Program-made: the position numbers and the translations under genes
The notes under the pieces: model-generated
The model's database searches: none
Seen by the model: only the letters and a program-made list of their open reading frames with translations
Told to the model about the DNA's origin: nothing
DNA from: Diplonema japonicum
Lineage: Eukaryota > Protista > Euglenozoa: Diplonemea
Assembly: GCA_964019335.1 (NCBI GenBank)
Contig: OZ025692.1
Span: 186,001 to 250,000, forward strand
Direction: 5' to 3'
Length of the DNA: 64,000 nt
Shown: piece by piece, positions 33,563 to 43,994 of the stretch
Position numbering within the stretch: position 1 is the first letter of the stretch
Layout of the letters: every line of letters starts with the position of its first letter

Positions 33563-34153
33563 TCACAGTAGCACGTTCTCGTGGGTCAGCGGCACGCCAC
33601 CTTCCATGAGCTTCACGAGGCATTCGATCCTCGCACCGGGGTGTTCCTTTTCGATTTGCGATCTCCCTGGTTGGTAGCTCTTCTCCAGCAAAGCAGCGAA
33701 CCCTGCCACTGTGGCTCCACAAGAAGTGACGAGGGATGCCAGACAGGTCATTGTGTGGCCTGAAGCGATGATGTCGTCAGCTATGAGGACGCAGTCGGAG
33801 GGGGAAAGGGCTTCCTTTAAGATGGAGAGGGTCACTTCTTTGGAGGTGGTGTGGCTTTTAGATGTAATATCAACAGTAGTCTTCCCTTTGAACGTGGCGG
33901 GGATGGCGCCTCTTGTGTAAATAAAAGGAACGTCGAGTTCCACCGCCAAAGGCTGGGCCAGCAGGAGCCCGCTGGTGGGAGCTGTAAGAACCTTCGTTAC
34001 CCTTGTTCCTGCAAACCTCGAAGCAATGTCAATCCCACAGTCCCGCATCATCCTGGCGTCCACCGTGTGGTTGAAGAACGACGTCATTCGTATGATCCCG
34101 TTCTCGAGGACCTCTGACTCCTCTATGACCTTCTTGCGTAGCTTTTCCGTCAT
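33563..34153 (-). CDS. xpt: Xanthine phosphoribosyltransferase, Bacillus Xpt type
   Basis: LRKKVIEE..VL..SFFNHTVD..M..G..IASRF..VTKVLT..SG resembles the B. subtilis Xpt N-terminus; PRPP-binding motif VLIADDIIASG; EKSYQPGR. Confidence 0.8.
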   Translation of the reverse strand: MTEKLRKKVIEESEVLENGIIRMTSFFNHTVDARMMRDCGIDIASRFAGTRVTKVLTAPTSGLLLAQPLAVELDVPFIYTRGAIPATFKGKTTVDITSKSHTTSKEVTLSILKEALSPSDCVLIADDIIASGHTMTCLASLVTSCGATVAGFAALLEKSYQPGRSQIEKEHPGARIECLVKLMEGGVPLTHENVLL

Positions 34154-35300
34154 TTTTTTTTTTTTTTTCTTGAAAGTAGTGGTAGCATTGTTGGGCTTAT
34201 CCTTCTACAGGTTAACCCCCCGGCTATGCACAAACAAAAGTTGAAGGTCTTCGACCGCATACTGGAAACGGATCGTCAAAAGGGACCAGGTACTTCTTCA
34301 GATAAGAGCTCTCCACGACCACTGGTCAGATGACGGCGGCTCTGTCGATGCAGTGGAGTTGCGCGGCGAGGTACGCGGACCTAGAGAGACTTCTGATCCG
34401 ACTGTGCACAAACAGCAATCAACCGACTCTTCCCCCCCCCCCCCCCCCCGAAAATTGCGGTGACGTATGGAGGGGAAAAAATAATAATAACAAGGTGATC
34501 GTAAGGGAACCAGGGGATTGAAAAGAAAAGAAGAAAAAAAAGAAAAAAAGACGAAATAAATAAAAGAAGATAAAATATTTCTTTGTAGTTCAGCTCATGG
34601 GGGAGGGGGGGGGCAAAGGGGTTCTGGGGTATGTTGTTGGCTTTTATTTTTCCCCCTCCCCCCCTGCTTCAGCTTTCTTTTTTTTTTTCCCTTTTTTTTT
34701 TCTTTTATGTTTGTAAATAAATAAAAAAAGCAAGGGGAGGGGGGATCGAGAACTATAAAAAAAAAAGAAGAAAAATCAATGTGGAAACAAAAAAACAAAC
34801 AAAAAAAAATCTTCTTCCATTTCTTTTTTTTTTCCCTCAATTGATACTTACTTTTTTTTTTCTCTTGTATTTTTTTTTTATTTTTTTATATTCTTCTTCC
34901 TCAGGTAAAAAAGAAAAAAAAATCCTACTTTTTTTTTAGGGGGGTTTTTTTTTTGAACTCCCTCATTTCTGTATTCTTTTAAAATTTCCATGGGAGGGGG
35001 AGGGGGCAGTAAGAAAAAAAAATCTAATTGACCAAGTAACAAAAAAGAAAAGAAAAAGCAAAAGCAAATCAACCGTAATAATCGAAAAAAAAATGGGGAG
35101 CGTGCCAATGGGTTACCACGGGGCAGTTCTTTCTTCTTCTTTCTCTTCTCGTGAAGAAGAAGAATAAGAAAAACTATAAAAAAAAGGGGGGGGGAAGGGG
35201 GGAAACACAGTCGAGCAACGGTTTCAGTTTCCTAAAGCTTTGTCCAGAACTCCTCGCCAAAAGAAGAAAAAAAAAAACGGTTTGGCTCTTTTTCGGACGG

Positions 35301-35331
<31 letters not shown>

Positions 35332-35623
35332 TCGATACTTAGCATCTGTGGACAGTACATATCCTGAGATAAGTACTGCATGCCACCACTACTTTTTTTT
35401 TTGATTTCACAAGAAACTGTTAAAGACAAGAAAAAGCCACACACGCAGCATCTTCATTTTTTTTTATTCAGCCAACACATACATGGGAGAAAGAAACAAG
35501 GAGCAGGGGGGGAGAAGCACATAAAAGATTTCATTGTTTTTTTTTTTTTTTTTTTTTTCCTTTTTTAAAATATTTTGTTCTATTTTTTTTTCCCCTCTTT
35601 TTTTTTCCCCCCCCTCTGCCACC

Positions 35624-36799
35624 CTATCCAAAGGTGGTCACAACCTCTTTACCTGAGCCTCTGACAAGCAGGGTGGGGCCAAGGTCCTTCGTCAGCGTCT
35701 CAACAAATTCCATCACGTGCTTGGGGGAGATGCTGTTCATCATAAGAGGGAAGTTCGTGACAATCAACCGGGCTTGAGAGGAGTGCTTCTTTATCTACGT
35801 TTTGAAGTTTTTTTTTTTTCCCCTCCTTCCTTCCCCCCCCCCTAGGGCTATGCTGGCAGGAAACGTGGAAACGTTTCCGTTTCCGTTCCCGTTTCCATAC
35901 TTTTCAAAATTCTTATGGAAACGGCTTCCTTCTTAAGGAAACATAAGGAAACGTTTCCGTTTCCGTATCCGTTTCCGTTTCCCTTTTTTTCAAAAAATGC
36001 ATGGAAACGCGTTTCCATGCCAGCATAGCCCTAGGGGGCGGTCAAAGGGGTTTGCGAAATTAGGCCAAAAAAAAAATCTTGCACATTTGTGACACAAAGG
36101 CGCAAAAAACCACCTTAACCACCCCAAAGTCGCCTAAAAACCCATTTTTGGGCCGAGTTTCGACGAAATTTGCAAGTTGGCTACCCTAAAACGCCATTTT
36201 AATTTTTTGTGACAGAACCGGTACTTTGCTGCCCTCTACGCTGTACGAGGGCACAACTGCGCACTGACCTTTCAAGTAAGCTAAAGGATGACCTCAAAAA
36301 ACTGGTTGATAATCGCAAGTTGGACACCTAAGGGGGCGAGACGGCACCAGAGCTGCATGGGCTACTCTTGAACGACATGTAGGACGATTTTTACCCGCTT
36401 GCTGCTCGTTCTGATGACTCTGATAATGTGTGCACAAAATAGGATTCTGCAGGTACCGGTTCTGTCACACCCGCTCAAAATTGTGAATACGTCACATAGA
36501 AGTCAACAAAAACCCCCAAATAGCGGCGGAAAGTTGTTTTTTTTTTAGCATCTGGGTGGAATTTTCGGGTATAATTTACCCAGGGGTGCGTTTCCCGAAA
36601 AACACGAATTTCGAGCTTTTTAAGGGGCGGTGACCCCCCCCCCCCCCCCCCCCCCCCCCGGCGGTCATACATCTTTGTTGAAGGCCTTCGCCACACCACG
36701 CATAAAGGCGAAGCCATCGTCCTCCTCTCCTTGAGTCGGGGACATCGGTTTCAGTTCTTGTTCTTCGGGAGTGCCCTTCTCGGACATCACGATGGGAGG

Positions 36800-36836
<37 letters not shown>

Positions 36837-39560
36837 CCCCCTCCACAAACCTGCTCCAAGCCCCTTAGCCCCATTGCTGTTAACGGAAGCCCTGATGCCT
36901 TCTGACGACTCTCGTCAACCTGCTGTGTGATGTCTGCTCCGCCTCTGTTCTGGAGGATCCCATGGTAGATTTTGGAAAGCGGCACAATTCCATGATCGGC
37001 ATCGACAACTTTTTTTTTTTTTGTTTTTTTTTTTTTTTCCAAATTCCCACATACTGTCATTGACATCCAGCTCTTCAGAGGTAAGGTTGATGGGGATGAC
37101 CTCCGCCTTGATCCGCACCTCGTCCAGGAAGCGGGAGATCCTGACCGTGAATTCTTCTGTCGACTCATTGTTCTCTGTGTACTCGTTGATAACAGAGAAG
37201 ATCCTCAACCTGCAGCCCCTCCACGCCTTGTGCAGCCTCAACAAATGAGGAAGCAAAATCAACAGCCCACCATCATGCACAATCCACCACACATCAATCG
37301 TGTTGGTCAACACCGCCCTTGCCGACATGTATGTAAGGAGTTTGGACCCGTTCTTCAGAAGGATGACGGCCTTCTGGCATCCGACGATGGCTTTGACAAG
37401 ATTAATATATGTTCCAGCTTGTTGATCGGTGTAGGATTGGTCTGAAGCCCATTGCGGCCAACCCATGACAACTGTATTGGGGCGGAGTGCCCCGCATCCC
37501 ATCGACTGTAATGCCGCGCTGACAGCTTCGTTCAGATCGTTGTGGTAGAGGAGTACTCTTGGGAAGCCTTCCAGACCGTTCTCTTTCATGTGCATGCGCA
37601 TCACCTCTGTGAAAATCTCGCTCTTTGTGAACTCGTGGGTAACATCGCCTTTAACAAGCCCCAGCGTCATGAGCAAACCGCGCCCTTTCTTGAGCATTGC
37701 CGCGAGTGTTATCAACTCCGGTCGCACGGGGTTGCCGTTCTCATCCAAGTTCAGCAACACCAGCAGCTGCGGCCTCCAGTTCTTCGGGTGGTAGAACGTG
37801 CTTCGGTCCGTCAATGCGATTAGGTTATCCCTGGCAACCTGGAACCTGATGCCCGCAATGGAATCACCCCAATCCTTCTTCACCTGCTGCTTTCTAATGT
37901 ACACAAGCAGAAGCACCGCGAACACAAACGAGATAAGCGCCATCTTGAAATCAATGAGCAACATCAATGTGAGACACAACAGGAATCCGAAAATCGCTGT
38001 GTGCCACGAGAAGTACCTCCACGTGGGCCTCCACCCCGGGGCACGCAGCACCGTGAGAAGGAAACAGGAGAAGTTGACGGTTGCGTACATGAGCAAGAAG
38101 AACATAGTGATGATGGGGGTGATGGCGTCGAGGTTGCCTGCAAGACAAGGCAGGGCCGCGATGAAGCATGTCAACCAGACAGCTTTTGTGGGTTCACCGT
38201 TAGATGCGAAGGGCGCCAAGATAGGCATTGTACCATCAAGCGCGATGGCAGACAAGAGACGGGGCGCACCGGTGAGGCATTGCAGCCCAGCACCCACGCA
38301 ACTCATGATGATACCCATGTTGACTACGACCTTGTGGGGCCAGGCTGCGAGCGTCACAATGAGCTTATTGTCCATCAGTGTCTTGTTGGACAGCACGCAG
38401 CCATAAAGCCACACAACAACGAGGTAGATCACAGTCGTCACCGCGATGGCGCTCAGCGTTCCGACTGGGATCGACTTCTTTGCGTCGAGCAGCACACCAG
38501 ACCTGTTAGACCCCGCCATGATCCCTGTCACAGAGGGATAAAACAGGCCAATGCACCACAGGAAGTCGGGTGTTAAACTAATCGACGAGTCGTATGTCCA
38601 ATTCGTTCCCATGTTGTCACCTATGATGACAGAATCGCTCCCACCTGGGAGATCGCCGTAGAACGCGGACACACCAGCCAAGAAGCACCCAAAACACAAA
38701 CAGAAGATGGACACAAGCACGATGGCCAAGAAGGCCTGCGCTGACATGTTGACGTATTTCACGCCAACAGCAACGATGCCCGCGAGCACGAAGCACAGGA
38801 TGAGCGACAGGAAGACGGTCTGTCCTCCGCCCATGCCCATGCTGTCCTCAAGGCTGAACCCGTCTTCCAAGGCTTCAACCCCACCGAGGATGTACATACT
38901 CGAGGCAATGGTGGTCCCGAGGTAGAAGATGATACCGATGGCACCACCCACCTCGTGTCCTAAGTTGCGCGACACCACGTAGTAAGGCCCACCTGCTTGG
39001 ACCTGGCCGTTTGTCGCGAGCGCAGAGAGTGACAGCGCGGTGACAAATGTCGACAACGCACAGAGAAGAACAATACCTGTGGCTTGGAACACACCTGCCT
39101 GTGCGGTGATCCACGGCAGTCTCAAGAACAGAATAACACCAAGGATGTTCTGCAAGCAGGGTAGGAAGACACCCTTGAACGTTCCGAGTTTTTCAGAGGC
39201 GGCAGGTTCTTCCGTGGCTGCCATGCGGGGGCTGCCCTCACCAAAGTCAGACGTGCTCCCAACGCTGTTCGTGGAGTACTGACGGGACCGTCCGATCTGG
39301 TCGCTCCCCCACAGCAGCGTCTGCTGCTTGGACATCGTCATCGTTGTGTTGTTCATGCTTGTCGACTGCGTGCTGTCGTTCCTGCTGCCCACCGGACCGA
39401 ACGTCGAAGCAGGGGGGTGGTAGTGCTCTTCCTTGATCCTCTGCAGCACCCTGTCCCTCGGTACAGAGTCGTCTATGTCAAGCGAGGCACACGACGCCAC
39501 ACTCGCTTCACAATCTTCAGGATGCATCCCCGGAGATCCATATTTTGTAGGTGTCGCCAT
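35624..39560 (-). CDS. SLC12 cation-chloride cotransporter (KCC/CCC type), 4 exons
   Basis: Exons 39560-37055, 37008-36851, 36802-36671, 35794-35624. KLGTFKGVFLPCLQNILGVILFLR, PSVTGIMAGSNRSG, KNWRPQLL, IDVWWIVHDGG; the last exon supplies the canonical end LLVRGSGKEVVT. Confidence 0.93.
35847..36029 (+). mobile_element. 183-bp MITE of the same hAT-like family, inside an SLC12 intron
   Basis: TIRs GCTATGCTGGCA; both ends align with the 15942-16586 element in opposite orientation; flanked by CCTAGG (35841-35846, 36030-36035). Confidence 0.85.
36047..36659. mobile_element. Unclassified insertion of about 613 bp with internal 17-bp inverted repeat
   Basis: GGGG...CCCC termini flanked by GGCGGTCAAA / GGCGGTCATA; perfect inverted repeat TGTGACAGAACCGGTAC at 36208-36224 and 36453-36469. 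Confidence 0.5.
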
Positions 39561-39687
39561 GTTTTTTTTAAAACACCCGACTTCTCAGGGTGTTCTCTGA
39601 GCGGAGTACGGGCACGGGAATCTTCAAAAAAAAAAAATAGAAAACGAAGAAAAAAAAAACTGTAGCCCTGGAAAGGGTCCAAAGGGG

Positions 39688-41547
39688 TCATGCTTCGATC
39701 GATTGCATTGTGTGCGCAGACGACCACGTCTCGATGACAGCCGCTGCGGCCTCGACAGGCATGGAGAAGGGGACCCTGGCGGAGGAGAGGTACTCTGTTG
39801 AAGGCTTGCATGCGGTGATGTTGTAGTTGATGCTTTCGGCAAGCTTGGCTTTTCGTTCAAGATGCGTGGCCTCTTCTTGCTTGATGCGGAGGATCCAATT
39901 CAGGTACGTGGCGGCCAATGGGTCGTTCGTCATCTTGCAGAAGGAGTAGGTTCTTCCTGTCGTCAGTGCTGTCTTCTTCCACGGTCCCACCAGCTTGTCG
40001 TTCAGGTAGATGACTCGGCTCTTCGCCGTGATGAGTAACTCTGTCGATGTAACGATCATCTTGTGCAGTCTTGTGAAGCTCTTCTTCGCTGCCACCGCGT
40101 GGCTTGTCTCGTCCCTCCCCAGAGCTGTGCTGCATGCGTACAGGAATTGGATTGCGAACGATGCGATCTCCGCAGCAGTGGAGCTCAGCCTGTGCGTCCG
40201 CTCCAAGTCCTCGCACCTTGGATGGATGACTTCTGTGATGCCTGCAATGCTACTCCTCATCTTGTTGAACACTGCCATCTTCTGCCGTGCATTCTCTTCC
40301 ATGTCCGCTTCTAGGGCTTTTTTCTCCTCCTGCAGTGCATGAACCTGCCGCACAATGTCTTCTTTCTTCAGTACCTCCTTCGCCTCCAGGCTCTCCAGCT
40401 CCGCAAGTGTGGCGTCCCTCTCACTGTCGAACTCTTGCAGCATTGTTTTCGACTGTTGCAGTGCTCTATCTATCTCAGCAGTCCGTGCAGCGGCCAAGGA
40501 CTCCAGCCTGTCGGTCAGGATCCTTTTTTGTGCATTGTACACCTCGGGCAGGTTTGCAAGCTCTTGTTTGGCTGTCTCCAGCTTCTGGTTGTGCTCGTTC
40601 ACCACCACAGAGCATTGGGTGTACCAGTCTTGGTATGAAGAATGCTCGTTCTTCACGAGCCCCTCGCCCCGTTTGCACATTTCCATAAGCATCGCGTGGT
40701 CTGTTGCGCAGCGTAGTCTGAGGCTCTCGGAGTTCTCGAAGCTTGATGCGAGCAGTGCGTCGACATCGCTCTGCAGGCCGACGACGTTGCTCATAACGAC
40801 GGACGGCATCTGCGTCACGGAGTCCACAAGCTTCATAGACTCGTGTGAACGGTGCACGATGCTCTCCAACCTCACGGCCACGTTGCTGAGATGGGTTGTG
40901 AGCTCGGAGCATCGCTCGGCAAGGCTCTCCACGCTCGAGGCTTCCTCAGCTGCCGCCGTGCGGTTAGAATGGTCCCACAGAACATCATCGCTGCATGCAG
41001 CAGCAGCATGCAAGGCGAGGCCAGTAAGGTCCTCGTTCAAAAGGCTTTCGATCGTCTCACGGGAACGACGCATTTCATCCTCAAGGTGCAGGAGCCTCTT
41101 GTTGAGCTTATCTGTTTGGACAACCTGCTTGCAGTGATAATCAGTTAGGAGGTTAATGCAACTCTCGATTTTCTCGTAACCTTTATCCGTCCCACCTAAA
41201 GGGCACACCTTGGCACGGTCGATGATGGGCCTTAGGCTGACAAGGTACTTGATTGAGAGCCGTTCAAGGTTTGGGCTGAGCTGCTCGGTGCCTTCTTCAG
41301 GTATAAAGGTGTGGAGTGCATCTTCGATTTTTTGAAGGACGCTGGCGGTGTAGCCTTCCTTTTGCACGGCGGCTGGGGCGACGATCTCCCAATCTAACAC
41401 CCTGCACAGGCTTAAAACCTGTTTTTTGTCCGAAGTAAGCGCTTTCTTAAGCAATGCATCTACTTCTTCTACAGCCACGGGTTCTTCTAGCATACCATCG
41501 TCAAAGGAATAAACTGTTGCATCATCTGAACATGTGATTACTGACAT
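39688..41547 (-). CDS. Divergent paraflagellar-rod (PFR) family coiled-coil protein
   Basis: RLRCATDHAML, LESLAAARTAEIDR and FTRLH...YSFCKMTNDPLA resemble, in order, the PFR1/2 segments RCxxDL, LxxLxxERxxEV and FxxLY...FxxETxDPxA (recalled, not aligned). Confidence 0.6.
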   Translation of the reverse strand: MSVITCSDDATVYSFDDGMLEEPVAVEEVDALLKKALTSDKKQVLSLCRVLDWEIVAPAAVQKEGYTASVLQKIEDALHTFIPEEGTEQLSPNLERLSIKYLVSLRPIIDRAKVCPLGGTDKGYEKIESCINLLTDYHCKQVVQTDKLNKRLLHLEDEMRRSRETIESLLNEDLTGLALHAAAACSDDVLWDHSNRTAAAEEASSVESLAERCSELTTHLSNVAVRLESIVHRSHESMKLVDSVTQMPSVVMSNVVGLQSDVDALLASSFENSESLRLRCATDHAMLMEMCKRGEGLVKNEHSSYQDWYTQCSVVVNEHNQKLETAKQELANLPEVYNAQKRILTDRLESLAAARTAEIDRALQQSKTMLQEFDSERDATLAELESLEAKEVLKKEDIVRQVHALQEEKKALEADMEENARQKMAVFNKMRSSIAGITEVIHPRCEDLERTHRLSSTAAEIASFAIQFLYACSTALGRDETSHAVAAKKSFTRLHKMIVTSTELLITAKSRVIYLNDKLVGPWKKTALTTGRTYSFCKMTNDPLAATYLNWILRIKQEEATHLERKAKLAESINYNITACKPSTEYLSSARVPFSMPVEAAAAVIETWSSAHTMQSIEA

Positions 41548-42293
41548 TCCAGGCTGAGCTTTTCTTTTTTTTATCTAGAGTGAAATATTTTGATGTTATA
41601 GAGTGGGGGGGGGGGGGGGGAACAAAATAGAAAGAATAATAAAAAAGGTGCAAAATGAGGGGGGGTTTCCCCCCATTTTTCTTTCTTCTCCTTTTTTTTG
41701 GTTTCCCTTCTCCTTTTCAATTTTCTTTTTTTTTGGGGGGGGGAATGAGAAAACAGTAAAAAGAAAATATAGGGGGGGGTGCTTTTTTTCTTTTAATTCT
41801 TCTTTATTTATCTTCATTTTTTTTTTTAAAAAGAACGCAATAAACGGGGTCTTTGTTTTTTTGTTTATTTCTTAAAATCTTTTTTTTTGAAGCCCTGTTT
41901 TGTTTTCCCCTTCAAAAAAAAAAAAAGAAAAACAGAATCTTTTATTTTTAGAACATTTTTATTAATATTTGAAAAAAAAAGGAGGTGGGATAAAAAAAAA
42001 GGGGGGGAATGGGTAGCTTTTAAAACATGGAAGATATCCATTTGAGAAAACAAAAAGGGAGAGAAAGATCACTACGGAGATTTTAATAAGGAAAAAAAAA
42101 GAAATGTTGTATGGGGTAGATAATAAGCTCAAAAGAAGCTCAAAACAAAAGAAAAAAAAAGAGAGGGGGAAAAAAAAAAAAGAAAATGTATATATTGAGG
42201 AAAAGCTAGGCCCTATAATAAAAAAAAAAGAAAACACTTAGCCACACTTTTTTTCTCTTCTTCTTCTTCTTTTTTTTTTTTTTTTTTTTTTTT

Positions 42294-43256
42294 CTATTCT
42301 GTCTTCACAACCTTCTTCTTCGCACCTGTGAGGTACTTTCGCACCGCAAAGTGCAGGAAAAGAAGAAGGTATGAGAAATACATTCCGCTCGCCAGCATCA
42401 GATTTGTTTCATTGTTGTGACAAGGGTTCTCTGTTTCCCTTCGGGTATATGTGAAATAAATTGACGCCCCACAAATAAACATTCCCACAAACATCTGCAG
42501 AATCTGCATCGCAGTAATAATAACAGGAGGGAACCATTTAGGAACAATACGCAAGGTGGAGAAGGCAAAGTAGGCATACATGACAGCATGCACGACATAG
42601 TTCATTGCAACAAAGTACAGCCCCGCACCACACTCTGTGGCGTACGCATGCCAACAGTACAGAAGAACTGTAACATGGTGGTACCAGTGCAGGAAAATTA
42701 ACGGTTTTTTTCGCAAGACAATGAAAACAGTGTCCACGAGCTCAGGGATTTTTGAGAAGATGAACAGTTGTACCCACAGACCGGTGGCACCAACACCCCA
42801 TGTAACATCAGGAGAGTCGCAAATTGTTCCTTCAAAGGAGTTCGACAAGTTTGAAAGCAAGTGTGGGACGGTCCTCACAGCTCCGATTAGAGAAAAGACC
42901 GCGAGAAACCAGTTCCATGCCGCCAACGGGATTCTGAGATCGAACGGCTTCATGTATGACATAATTACTTGCCCCACCACGACCAGGCCGAATAAGTACG
43001 TAGCGACAGCTCCAACTGGGACCTCCCAGTATAGCTTGCTGAAGTCCAACCCCGGACCGACGTTCCACTCTGCTTCGAACTTGGTGTAGAACTGCTTCAT
43101 TTCCGGGTGACGCTGGAAGATCTGCGGAACCTTGACCCCCCTGAAATTCTCCCTCACCTCCTCGAAATCGACCTGGCCGCCTTCTTTGAAACCATAACAC
43201 ACCGCACCCACCGCCGACATGACGAAGACCGCCCCTATTATCCCTCCATACTTCAT
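42294..43256 (-). CDS. Fatty acid elongase (ELO/GNS1/SUR4 family)
   Basis: FIFSKIPELVDTVFIVLRKKPLIFLHWYHH, MNYVVHAVMYAYF, ITAMQILQM. Confidence 0.95.
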   Translation of the reverse strand: MKYGGIIGAVFVMSAVGAVCYGFKEGGQVDFEEVRENFRGVKVPQIFQRHPEMKQFYTKFEAEWNVGPGLDFSKLYWEVPVGAVATYLFGLVVVGQVIMSYMKPFDLRIPLAAWNWFLAVFSLIGAVRTVPHLLSNLSNSFEGTICDSPDVTWGVGATGLWVQLFIFSKIPELVDTVFIVLRKKPLIFLHWYHHVTVLLYCWHAYATECGAGLYFVAMNYVVHAVMYAYFAFSTLRIVPKWFPPVIITAMQILQMFVGMFICGASIYFTYTRRETENPCHNNETNLMLASGMYFSYLLLFLHFAVRKYLTGAKKKVVKTE

Positions 43257-43700
43257 TTTTTTTTTTTTGCCCTCTCCCCTCTTTTTTTTTTTTCAGGGGT
43301 TTTCTGGGGGAATAATATAAAAAAAAAAAAATCCTCTGATACTGACTGGGGGGGGCAAAAGTGGTTACTCTTTTTTTTGGGGGGGGGGAGAGAAGAAGAA
43401 GAACGAGAGGTTACTTTTCTTCTATCTATAGTTTCCGCACATTTTTTTTTTTTTTTTTTTTGGACTGAAAATATTCCGACTAAGCATTTTTCTTTTTTCT
43501 TCATTTTTTTTTTTGTTCTGAAGAACGTAGACACGCGCACAACGGTGCATTTTGGTGAATTCTGTGCAGCCCGGAAAATTTCAATGGAAGTAAAGCTCGA
43601 GAGGAAAGCTTTTCGGCAAAAGACTGAATTGCATCGTTCTATTTTTTTTTTTTTTTCTTGTATCTTGATTTTTCTTTTCTTCTTCTCTTTGTCATCGGAG

Positions 43701-43739
<39 letters not shown>

Positions 43740-43994
43740 CCTTCTTCTTTTGCCGTTGGTACAGTCGGTCGTATCTACTTGGTAGGGAGGAAGCTCACGA
43801 AAAAGAAAGGAAACAAAGCATAAGAATAAGAAACAAAAAAAAAAAGGCAGCAAATACACACATTTTTTAAAAAAAAATCTTTTTTTTTTTTCTGCAAGCA
43901 CGCTGGCGTTTGCTTTTCTTTTCTCTTTTTTTTTTTTTCTCCCTTCATCTTATAACCTTTTTTTTTTTTTTTTTTTTGTTCCCATCCCTTCAAC

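Noticed and set aside
35341-35392. Hairpin ending in AGA on the minus strand, as a candidate AGA-box snoRNA
   Set aside because: The 3' side of the pocket is only 1 nt, so the geometry does not fit.
36208-36469. Independent Ginger-like element with TGT...ACA ends
   Set aside because: Flanks (TTTT vs CCCG) show no target duplication; kept only as an internal inverted repeat of the larger insertion.
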